Shown one piece after another: positions 1 to 10,173 of a stretch of 40,900 nucleotides of DNA. The position numbers and the translations under genes were made by a program. Each line of letters begins with the position of its first letter. Within the stretch, counting starts at the first letter, position 1. The stretch lies in contig CALSCO010001112.1 of the NCBI GenBank assembly GCA_943704415.1, positions 1 to 40,900 on the forward strand, written 5' to 3'. Origin of the DNA: Parvularia atlantis. Taxonomy: Eukaryota. The notes below the pieces were generated by a model. That model worked only from the letters and a program-made list of their open reading frames with translations. It had not been told where the DNA came from and did not search any database.

Positions 1-516
1 GGGGGGGGTTGAGCGCTGGCGGTCGCTCGGCCGTCCGAGGGCGGCGCACCGAGCACCTCGCCCTCCTCCTTGCGGTCCGTCTTGGGCAGCGCCTCGACGA
101 CCCACATGAGCAGCTTGCGCGTCTCGTTCTCGGACGGATACAGGAACTGGTGGTACCCGAGCTCGCCGCGGAAGCCAAAGTCCTGGCGCGGGCGTGAGTC
201 GCGCGCGGTACGGCGCAGTGCGGCCGGCACGCACCTTGCAGGCGTTGGCCAGCGTCGAGCACACGCGGTACCGCGCCGACATCTCCTTGGGCAGGCGCGA
301 CGAGTACTCGCGCGAGGGGTCGATCACCTTGAGGCCCTTGGCCACGGCCTCGACGATCTCGTCCACGCCGAGCTCCTTGAGCGAGCGCACGTCGGGCGCG
401 ATGTTGCTGCGGCCGCGGCGTGTCAGCGGTTTGCTGCGCGTGCGGTGTGTTGTGTGCGCGGCGCACCAGCCGATCTGCCGCAGCGTCACAAGGACGATGC
501 CGTCGACCTCCTCCAT
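1..516 (-). CDS. CCDC22: Coiled-coil domain-containing protein 22 (CCC/Commander subunit), 5' part; gene runs off the window start
   Basis: ATG at 516; GT-AG introns at 407-466 and 183-234. Spliced product MEEVDGIVLVTLRQIGCNIAPDVRSLKELGVDEIVEAVAKGLKVIDPS...MSARYRVCSTLANACK/DFGFRGELGYHQFLYPSENETRKLLMWVVEALPK matches the recalled CCDC22 N-terminus (MEEADRILIHSLRQ...LGYQNFLYP). Confidence 0.88.
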   Translation of the reverse strand, partial: MEEVDGIVLVTLRQIGWCAAHTTHRTRSKPLTRRGRSNIAPDVRSLKELGVDEIVEAVAKGLKVIDPSREYSSRLPKEMSARYRVCSTLANACKVRAGRTAPYRARLTPAPGLWLPRRARVPPVPVSVRERDAQAAHVGRRGAAQDGPQGGGRGARCAALGRPSDRQRSTPP

Positions 517-576
517 CCCGGACGACGGTCCCAAGCTTGGGACGGCGGCCACGCTGGCTAGTGCGCACGCGCACAA

Positions 577-1647
577 ATGCCCGTTGTGCCGCTGTTGCAG
601 CTCGCCATCAGCACCGCGCTCGTGCTGCTGCTGCTGTGGCGCGGCGGCTACGGCCACGGCGGCGGCGGAGGTGGCAGCGGCGGAGGCAGGGCGGGTGATG
701 CGCCCGCGAACGATGCGACGGCGGCCGGGCGGATGGCCGTCGTCGTGCCGTTTATCCGCGCCGACCTGCGCGCCATCGCCGACAACATCGGCAGCTGGGC
801 GCGCTTCGTGCCGTGCCGGGCGGCGACCGGCCCGACCCGCGACGACGACGACGACGACGACGTGCGGCCCGATCTCGTCTTCTTCTTCCACCGCGACGTC
901 GAGCGCGAGCCGGACGTGGCCGAGCGCGTGCGCGCGGCGATTGCGGCCGGCGCAGCCGATGCGGTGCAGACGTGCTTCCGCCGCGTGCGCTTCGTGGGCG
1001 CGCGCCTGAGCGACGACGAGGACGCGTACCCGCTCGGCGCCTCGGTCATGTTTTTCCGCCTGTTCAAGCTGCCCGGGCTGCGCAACGACTACGACGTGCT
1101 GTACCTGATGGAGCCCGACAACCGCCCCTGCCGCGCCGGCTGGCTGGACCAGCTCTGGCGCGACGCGTACGTGCACAGCTCTGAGCCGCCGTGGATGAGC
1201 GGTACGCGCAACATCGGCAGCGCGCGCCTCTCACGCGAGCGCCAGGATCGATCACGCGCGACGGCGTCGAGCGCGACGTCTTTGGCGACCACCTCAACGG
1301 CAACGCGCTGTACCGCCTCGGCGACGCCACCTTCCGCGCGCTGCTGGCACGGTGCGCGGCCCGACTGGTGTTGTGCGCGCGGCCGGCTAACGCGCGCACA
1401 CGCATGCAGCGTCGAGGCCGTGTTCATGGAGCGGCCCGCAGACTACGTGCACTCGTACGACGTCGCGCTCGACGTGATCAGGCGCGACCGCGGCGTCGTC
1501 AGCTTCGCCGAGTACGCCGCCAGCCGGCATCGCTTCGTCTACACCGTCACGATGCAGAACTGGTACCGCACTGCGGTCAACGCGACCGAGCTGTGCGCGG
1601 CCGCGCCGTCGACATTCCTCGTGCACGGGCGCAACGTGTACCTTTAG
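577..1647 (+). CDS. Type II membrane protein, putative glycosyltransferase-like enzyme of unknown family
   Basis: N-terminal signal anchor (LLQLAISTALVLLLLW), Gly-rich stem, VVVPF strand, LMEPD and HLNGNALY motifs. Introns at 1202-1245 and 1352-1409 restore the frame; TAG at 1645-1647. Confidence 0.6.
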   Translation: MPVVPLLQLAISTALVLLLLWRGGYGHGGGGGGSGGGRAGDAPANDATAAGRMAVVVPFIRADLRAIADNIGSWARFVPCRAATGPTRDDDDDDDVRPDLVFFFHRDVEREPDVAERVRAAIAAGAADAVQTCFRRVRFVGARLSDDEDAYPLGASVMFFRLFKLPGLRNDYDVLYLMEPDNRPCRAGWLDQLWRDAYVHSSEPPWMSGTRNIGSARLSRERQDRSRATASSATSLATTSTATRCTASATPPSARCWHGARPDWCCARGRLTRAHACSVEAVFMERPADYVHSYDVALDVIRRDRGVVSFAEYAASRHRFVYTVTMQNWYRTAVNATELCAAAPSTFLVHGRNVYL

Positions 1648-1737
1648 CTCTGCCGCGCACCGACGTCCAGCGTGTTTTTTTTTTCCTTCCTTTTCTGTAC
1701 AAGGCAAAAGGGCGCCCTGCCCTCACTGCGGCGCCGC

Positions 1738-4700
1738 TCAGCTCGAGCACGCGATGCAGCTCGGGTCGTCGCGCGAGCACACGGGGCCCTCGTCGAGCAC
1801 CGCGGCCGCGGCCGCGACGGCGTCCTCCTTGGGCAGCACCTGCTGCGTCTTGTTACCGTCGGCTGCCGCGAGCGTCGAGGCCGTGGCCTTGCGCGCGCTC
1901 GTGAGCGACTCCTGCTTGACCGTGAACTTGATCGCGTCGGCCGCGGGGCGTGTGCGCAGGTAGTACATGCCCGTCTTGAGGCCGCGCTTCCACGCGTAAA
2001 AGTGCATCGACGTGAGCTTGGCAAAGGTCGGCTCGGCGATGTGGATGTTGAGCGACTGCGACTGTGGCCGCGCCGAGCGCGCGCGTGAGAAAAAACCGCG
2101 CATGCGCGCGCGGTCACGGCCCGCCACCTGGTCAATGAACGCCCCACGTTCAGCCGCCATGTCGATGATTGTCTTCTGCGAGAGCTCCCACACGGTCTTG
2201 TAGATTTCCTTGAGGTGCGTCGGGATGCGGTCGATCTTCTGGATCGAGCCGTTGTGCGCGATGATGTCGTTCTTCAGGTCGTCGTCCCACAGGCCTGCGC
2301 GCGCATGCAGCCGGCTCAGCGCTGCGCACAGGGCACGCCCGCGCCCGCGGCACACCGAGCTCGATTAGATCCTTGAGCAGGTACTGGTTGACCAGCTGGA
2401 ACTCGCCGGCGAGGACGCGGCGCGAGTAGATGTTGGACGTGAACGGCTCGATGCACCTGCAGCAGCCCGTGAGCAGGCGCACACGCAGCGCGCCCGCACC
2501 GCACTCGTTGAAGCCGAGGATCTGGGACGTCGAGGCCGTGGGCATCGGCGCGAGCAGGAGCGAGTTGCGCACGCCGTGCTTGGCGATGCGCTCGCGCAGC
2601 ACGGCCCAGTCCCACAGGTCGGTCGGCGTAACCTGCGCGCGCGCGTGCGCGATGGGAGCGTGCTCAGCACACGCGCGCGCGGCCAGTGCGCCGCCGAGAC
2701 TGCGCGCACCTCCCACATGTCAAACTGGAGCTTGCCGCGGCTCACGGGCGAGCCTTCGTAGGTCGAGTACGGGCCGTGCTTCTCCGCCAGCTCGCTCGAC
2801 TGCGGGCGCGGCGCGGCACGCACTCAGCGCCGTGCGCACGCGGCCACGGCGGCGCACCGCCCACAGCGCCGCGTAGTAGATCGTCTCAAAGATTTGCTTG
2901 TTGAGCAGCGCGGCCTCCTTGCCCTGCGCACGCAGAGGACCGGTCAGCAGGCGACGCACAAAGAGAAGCGCGCACGCACGTCAAACGGCACGCGCAGCAT
3001 CGCGAACGTGTCGGCCAGGCCCTGCACGCCCAGGCCGATCGGGCGGTGGCGCATGTTGCTGCGCTCGGCCTCGGGCACGGGGTAGTAGTTGATGTCGATG
3101 ATCTTGTTGAGGTTCTTCGTGACAATCTTGGTGTACTCGTACAACTTGGCAAAGTCGTACTTCTGATCACGGCGCCCGCGCGGGGTCAGCCACCGATCCC
3201 GCCGCACGGCACACACACACGCGCGCGCCGACCTTGGTTGCCTGGTCGACGAAGCGCGGCAGGGCGATCGACGCCAGGTTGCACACGGCGACCTCGTCCG
3301 GGCTGCTGTACTCGATGATCTCCGTGCACAGGTTGGACGCTGCCGAGGCCGGTCAGACGGGCGGCGGCGCGTACAACACGCGTGGGTGGTCACGCACACT
3401 TGATCGTGCCCAGATTCTGCTGGTTCGACTTGCGGTTGCAGTGGTCCTTGTAGAGCATGTACGGCACGCCCGTCTCCGTCTGCGACTCGAGGATCGCGCT
3501 CCACAGCTTCTGCGCCGGGATCGTCTGCGTGCGCACGCGTGAGCCGGGCACCGTGCTGCTCGCGGGCCGCACCTTGCGCGCTTTGCCCGCGGCCTCGTAC
3601 TTGGTGTAGAGCGCGTTGAACGCGTCGCCCCACACGTCGGCCAGGCCCGGCGCCTCGCTCGGGCAGAACAGCGACCTGCACGCCCCCACTCAGCGCCCGC
3701 CGCGCACGCGCACACAGACACGGCCGAGCGGCGCACCAGGAGCCGTTGGCCTCGACGCGCTGCATGAACAGGTCCGGGATCCAGAGCGCGTAGAACAGGT
3801 CGCGCGCGCGGTGCTCGTCCTTGCCCGTGTTCTTGCGCAGGTCGAGGAACCTAGGGTACGCGCACGCGCGCGCGCGCGCGTGTTTATTTGTTTGTGTGTG
3901 TGATGGGCCACCCGGTCACCCGCTCCCGCCCGGCGCACGCACTCAAAGACGTCCGGGTGCCACGGCTCGAGGTAGACGGCGAATGCGCCTGGGCGCTTGT
4001 TGCCGCCCTGGTCGACGTAGCGCGCGGTGTTGTTGAACACCTTGAGCATGGGCACGATGCCGTTCGAGTAGCCGTTGGTGCCGGCGATGTACGAGCCCGA
4101 GGCGCGGATGTTGTGGATGCTCATGCCGATGCCGCCCGCGGTCTTGCTGATCATGGCGCACGTCTTGAGCGTGTCATAGATGCCCTCGATGCTGTCGTCC
4201 TTCATCGCCACGAGGAAGCACGACGAGAGCTGTGGACGCGGCGTGCCCGCGTTGAACAGGGTGGGCGAGGCGTGGGTGAAGTAACGCTCCGACATGGCGT
4301 TGTACGTCTCGATTGTCGCGTCGATGTCGCTGAGCGAGCGCGCATGCACGGTCAGCACGCGCGTGGAGCCCCGCTGTGCACCGCACCTGCCGTGGATGCC
4401 AACGGCCACGCGCATGAACATGTACTGCGGCCGCTCGGCGACCTTGTTGTTGATGCGCAGCAGGTACGAGCGCTCGAGCGTCTTGAAGCCAAAGTAGCTG
4501 CGGGCGCGTCAGCGGCGCCGGCGAGCATGCGGGGGGGGGGGGGGGGGNNNNNNNNNNAGATCAGGTTGTAGTGCTCTTCGCGATCCTTGTCGTAGGCCGG
4601 GCTGCGCTTCTGAAGGATTTGAGGGGGGGGCCCGACCGCGTGCCTGAAGTTGAAGTCGCGCGAGCTGTCGATGGCCGCGTCCAGGCGGTCCTTGTTGTCC

Positions 4701-5202
4701 ATCACGACCTTGTGCGTCTCGTCCGAGATCATCGGCGCGGGGCGGCCCGACTTGGGGTCGAGGTACTCGTACAGGTCCTGCACGACCTGGTGCGGCGGCA
4801 GCGGCGGCGGCAGCGGCGGCTCAGCGTGGCACTGGGAGGCGGGCCCCCTGGGCGGCGCACCTCGCTGAAGCGCGGCTTGGTCTGCTTGTGCAGGTTGGAG
4901 ACGGCGATGCGCGCGGCCAGCACGGCGTAGTCCGGGTGCGTCGTCGTGCGGTACGCGGCCGTCTCGGCCGCGAGGTTGTCGAGCTGCACCGTCGTCACGC
5001 CGTTGAACACGCCCGAGATGACCTTGCCGTCCGTGCTTTGGTCAGCACCCGCGAGCGTGAGCCCAGGCTCGCGCACCTTGAGGGCGATCTCGGCCGGGTC
5101 GATGAAGTTCTTGTCCAGGCCCTCGCACAGGTGCGCGATGCGCACCGTGATCTTGTCGAAGGCGACGCTCTCGCTGCGGCCGTCGCGCTTGACGACGTAC
5201 AT
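1738..5202 (-). CDS. RNR1: Ribonucleoside-diphosphate reductase large subunit (class Ia), 15 introns
   Basis: ATP-cone start [19 protein letters not shown]; motifs [50 protein letters not shown]-terminal CIACSS. All junctions traced by hand. Confidence 0.97.
4548..4557. other. Assembly gap (10 N) next to a poly-G run inside RNR1 intron 3
   Basis: N run directly visible after G17 (4531-4547). Confidence 0.99.
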
Positions 5203-5430
5203 GGCTTGGTGGCGGGGTGGGCGGACGGGCACGGCGGCGGTGGCTGGCGTTGCGGCGCAGCGCGCGAAAGGTTCAGTTGCACGTGGGTGACGAGTGAGCG
5301 GGGGGGCGCGGGGCACGGGAGAGGGCGCGCGCGACACGACCGCGACGGGGCGGCAGGTCGTAGGAGGCGAAGGCGGGTGTGGCGCGCGCGCCGGAGGGAG
5401 GGAAAAGAAAAAGCGGCACGCAACGGGCGA

Positions 5431-5455
5431 GCGCGCGAAAAGTGCGCGCCAAAAA
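5431..5455 (-). promoter_or_regulatory. Tandem E2F/SCB-like elements upstream of RNR1
   Basis: Minus strand reads TTTTTGGCGCGC (5444-5455) and TTTTCGCGCGC (5431-5441), about 230-250 nt upstream of the RNR1 ATG. RNR1 is a classic G1/S target. Confidence 0.4.
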
Positions 5456-5501
5456 GCAAGTCTTCTCGAAGCGTCTGTGGGGCAACACACGCGGCACACG
5501 T

Positions 5502-7052
5502 TCACTTGGCTAGGCGCGGCGCGGCGCGGGTCGGGATCGCGGGCGCGCGGATGTCGTACAGGTGGATCATCTCGCGCCACTGCGCCTCGGTGATCGCCAT
5601 GATCAGCTGCTGCGTCGGCGCGTTCTTGTCGGCGCGCGGCGCGTCGTCGCCCTTGCTCAGCACAGGCTGCCCGTCGACGATCGCGATGCGCGCGCGCCCG
5701 TCGCGTACGAGGAACGACACGTAGAAGATGTTCTCGACTGTCTGCGCGCGCCTCAGCCGCCTCGCTCCGCACGCCCGCATCGCGCCGGCTGGCCGCACCT
5801 GCGAGAACGACGTCGGGTTGACGACAAACTGGAAGTAGTTCATCGGCGTCTTGTTCTTGACCTGCTCAAAGACCTGCGCCGGGCCGGCTTCAGCGCACGC
5901 GCGCGCGCGCGCACGGCGCACGGTGGCACGCAACCGCCAGAACGTTCATCGTCGTCTCGTCGTGGATTTCGCTAATCTTGTCGGCCGTGAGCTGCGCACG
6001 CGCGGGTGAGCCCTCGGCCGTGCGAAAGCACGCGCGGGCGCGCGCGCACGCACATGGTCGGGCCGCACGACCGGCCCGGTCGCCTTGACGCGCTGGTGCA
6101 CGCTCTGCTTGCGCTGCTTGGGCTGAATCGCGAGCGGGCCGAGCCTGTGCCGCCGCGGGTGTCATCGACTTACCGCGCTCGCACAGGCGCGGGCGCGCAC
6201 AGAAAGTCGACCGTGGGCACGCGGCGCATGCGCAACGACGCCGCGTGGCCGACCTTCTCCCAGTCGAGCGCGTCGTTGCGGCTCGCTGTCGAGTGCGGGC
6301 AGGCGCGTGAGGGTGACGGCGGCGGCCGCGCGCACCGGCCAACCGCACCCGCGCCGCCCATGAACGCCGCCAGCCGCCGCACAAAGTGCTCGTGGTCGAA
6401 CGAGCGCCCGCTCATACTCACGCGCTGCGCCTGCGCACCGCCGGTTCAGCGCCAGCACGAGCAGGGGTACAAGCACGCGCACGCACTTGGACGTGTGACA
6501 GATCCGCGCACTGCTCGAGCACCTGGCCGAGCAGCTTGTTGTCGGTGCCGCTGAGCTCTGCGCGGGCGTGGGTGAGCGCGCACGTCACGCCGGCCTCGCC
6601 CTGGCCCCTCCCGGGCAGCAGTGCGCACCCATGTCGCTGAAGCGCTCGCGCACGCTCTTCACCAGGTTGAGGACATGCTCCGACCCGGGCCGCGTGTAGT
6701 CGTCGCGCTTGGCTGCGCCCGCGTCGCGCGTCACGCAGCCCGCCCGTCCCGAGGCACGTGCCGCGCACCGCGCAGATCGTCCAGCGTCGCGCGCAGCTCG
6801 GTGCGGATCTGGCGCAGCTCGACCGTGTGCGGGGCCTTTGGCGCGTGCGTTTGAACGGTCGGCTTTTTGGCGCGCAATACTTGTGGCGCGACGGCAACGT
6901 GGCCCGGAGCATGGGTGCGCGCGGGAGAAGCGTGCGAGCAAGCGAGAACGGCGCAGGCGCACGCGTGACCGGTGCCGACGAAGGCGCAGCGCGGGAGGGA
7001 GGGAGGTGGCGCCGCGCACCTGGCTGGCCGCGACTGGCCCATCGACGTCCAT
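5502..7052 (-). CDS. NSE4: SMC5/6 kleisin subunit Nse4 (EID family)
   Basis: Spliced motifs [30 protein letters not shown]...VPTVDFLLGPLAI and [32 protein letters not shown] at 5502-5504. The start at 7052 assumes a 184-nt first intron (6836-7019) and is less certain. Confidence 0.88.
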
Positions 7053-7095
7053 GCTGGGTCGGGCTGATGCGTTTCGCGCGCAAATTGCACCTTTG

Positions 7096-8967
7096 ATGAG
7101 CGAGCTGATCGCGGTCGTGCTCGCGGGCGGGCTCGGGGCGCGCCTGCACCCGCTGGCCGACAAGGCGCACGCCAAGGCGATGCTGCCCGTAGCCAACCGG
7201 CCGATGCTGCAGTACCCGCTTGACATGCTGCAGCGCGCCGGGTTTAGTGGTGCGTGCGCTGCGTGCGCGCGTGCATGGTCGTGCGTGCGCGCTCAAGGGC
7301 GCCCGGCATCCGGCAGAGATCATCGTCGTCGCGCGGGCGGCGCACCGGCAGCAGATCACGCAGTTCGTGAGGGACGTCTACCGCGCGCCCAAGGGCGTCG
7401 ACCTTGTCTTTGTCGACCAGGACTGCGACTCGGTCGACGCGCTGCGCCTGATTAGGGACAAGATCAAGGTGCGCTCGCGCCATCCACTCGGAGAGCGTGG
7501 CAATCGAGCGCGAGGCGCGCGCAGAGCGACTTTCTCGTCATGAGCGTCGACCTCGTGACGGACCTGCCGCTGCACCACATGGTCGACCTGCACCGCGCGC
7601 GCGACGCCACTGTCACCGCGCTCGTGTACGAGACGCCCAAGGGCGACGACGGCAAGCGCGCCAAGGTCGACATCGGTGCGCACGCCCGCACCGCACGGCC
7701 GCGCACCGACGCGCACGCGCCAGGCCTGCTCGAGTATATCGGGCTCGACCCGAGCAGGACGCGCATGCTGCTGCTCGTGCCCGCGGCAGACCTGAGCGAC
7801 GAGCTGCGCGTGCGCACGTCGCTGCTACAGGGGTGCGTCGGGCGCGCCGCGTGCGACCAGCGCTCACGGCTTGCGCAGTTTCCCCGTTGTGGACGTGCAC
7901 ACAAACCTGACGTCGGCGCACCTGTACATCTTCAGCCGGGTGCGCTGGCGCGCAGTCGCGGTAGTGTCCCTGACGCGCACACGCAGTGGGTGATCGACCT
8001 CATCGCCCAGCGCGCCGACATCAACAACATCCAGAGTGACCTTTTGCCCTTCCTCGTCAAGTGCCAGTCGGTCTCGTCCGGGGCGTACAACGGTGCGCCG
8101 CTCGCGATGCCGCTTGCCGCACGGGCTCACGTCGCGCGTGCACACAGTGAGCCAGTTTGTGCAACCAAGCCTGCTCGCCCTGGCCGACTCGCTTTCGGTC
8201 TCATCCAAGTGCGTCCATCCCTCCCTGCGCCAATCGGTGCGGCTCACGGGCGACGACAGGCAGCGCGACCTCGTCACGTGCTGCACGTACTACTACAACG
8301 CCGGCTTCTCGTCGCGCGCCAGCACGCTCGCGGCATACGCCGAGCTGGGCCGCCAGGTGCGCGCGTCACGGGCGCTTGTGCCTGCTGCGCCACTCACCGC
8401 TGCGCAGATCTGCAAGGGCGCGTGCCCGCCGTTTGCGCCGGCCGAGCGCACACCCGCCAAGCCTCAAGCGGAGCGCGGCAGCGCCAAGGGCAAGGCCGAA
8501 GCGAAGACGCAGGGCGCGACCGAGCCGACCGCGGGCGAGGGCTCGCAGCCGGCCGCCAAGGCCGAGCCAAGGACACAGATCGGGACCGACTCGATGGTGG
8601 GCGAGGGCTCGCACCTGGGCGAGCGCTGCTCGATCAAAAAGACGATCGTCGGGCGCAACTGCGTCATCGGCAAGAACGTCAAGCTCAGCGGTGCGGTGCT
8701 AATGAACAACGTGACCGTGCAGGACAAGTGCGGCTCTGCGTGCGCCTGTGCCGCGCGTGCGCTGACGGTTTTGCGGCCCGCGCAGCTGCAAGCTCGACAA
8801 CGTCATCGTCTGCTCCGACGCCTGCGTGAAAGAGAACGCGACGCTCAAGGACTGCACCATCGGGTACTCGGTCACGGTGCCCAGCGACGGTGCGGCGCCC
8901 TCGCGCAACCGCACGGCCGCTCACGCGTCCCGCAGCCAACGTCAAGAACGAGACGGTGTTAGAGTGA
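7096..8967 (+). CDS. GCD1: Translation initiation factor eIF2B gamma subunit
   Basis: AVVLAGGLGARLHPL...KAMLPVANRPMLQYPL NTP-transferase-like domain followed by a left-handed beta-helix (LGERCSIKKTIVGRNCVIGKNVKLSGAVLMNNV). No W2/HEAT tail, so gamma rather than epsilon. TGA at 8965-8967. Confidence 0.9.
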
Positions 8968-9006
8968 TGCGGCCCGTTTTCTCTCATGCGGCGGCACGGC
9001 ACAGCA

Positions 9007-9971
9007 TCACGTGTCCATGGCCTCGCGGGGCCTCGGCGGCCGCACCGAGCGCGGCCGGAAGGGCGGTGGAGCGGCCGCAAAGCCGCGCGGGCGTCCGTGG
9101 CCGAACGAGATCTGCGTCGGCACGCGCGGTCCGGCGGCAGCCGCGTCCCTGCGCCAGTGTCAACCACAGGCGTGCACGTCACGCCCGCCACGCCACGCAC
9201 ATCGCCGCGCTGTCTTGGTGCGCCAGATACGGGTTGGGCCGCGCCGCTGCTCGCGACGTCGCCGTTGCCGCTGAGCCGCTGAGAGAGAGCCGGATGAGCC
9301 AACGATCGGCGGCACCGCGGGGCGCACCGGTCGTCGCTCGCGGGCGGGCGGGCCACGCGCGCGCGCCGCGGCTGCGCCGAGAGCGAGAACTGAAAGGTGC
9401 GCGGGTACTTGTGCAGGTCGATCAGGTGCATTCGGCGCTTGTGCTCGTCCATGAACTTGCGCTGGCACCCCTCGACAAAGCAGGCGTACTGCGGGCCGGC
9501 ACTCAGCTCGCGCGCACGCGGCGGCGGCACGCGCAGCACCATCTTCTCGCGCTCGGCCATGACCGCGAACAGCGTGTCGTGGTTTTCGAGCACGTGCAGC
9601 TCGAGCAGGCGCGGCGTCGGATAGATGCGCCGGCACACGCGGCACACGAGCCGGTGCGCGGCCTGCACGTGCGCATCGTACTCGAGCGCGTCCGCGAATG
9701 TCTCTTTGCACCCCGAGTAGCCGCACGCCATCGGCCTGGCCGCCGCTGGGGGGTGAGCGCCCCGCATCGTGCATCACGCCGCCGTTACGAACCGCGCGAG
9801 GTGCAGCGGCCCAGGCTGGCTCTCCTCGGTCATCGTCGCGGCCGCCTGCTGCTGCTGCTGCTGCTGATCGCTCTGCACCAGCAACCCCCACGCCACGTTG
9901 CCCTCCTCGAACAGCGCATCGGTCGAGGGCACCTTGCGCCGCCGCAGCGGCTCGAACGCCGGGAACGTCAT
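9007..9971 (-). CDS. ZNF511: C2H2 zinc-finger protein, ZNF511-like
   Basis: LFEEGN N-terminal motif; three fingers (CGYSGC...YDAHVQAAH, CRVCRRIYPTPRLLELHVLENHD, YACFVEGCQRKF...MHLIDLHKYP); C-terminal VPTQISFGHGRPRGF. Four GT-AG introns. Confidence 0.8.
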
Positions 9972-10173
9972 TTTAGTGGCACGGGTGTGTCTGTGTATAC
10001 TAGTATACCATATTGTTTGTTCATATTGCATTGCAGGCATCTGAGGTGCGGAAGGCCCAGCATGGCAGTCGCACCCGGCTCATTCAGTTGGCACCCGCGC
10101 TGCCGCAGCGCACAGCCGGCCGCACCCTTCGGCAGAACGCTTTGCAGTCCTATCGCTGGACGGAAAGGACAGC

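Noticed and set aside
3340..3397. Apparent frameshift or non-canonical junction in RNR1 at TIK/SSNLC
   Set aside because: Resolved by the second GT (AAG T/GTGCGT), giving a canonical 58-nt GT-AG intron.
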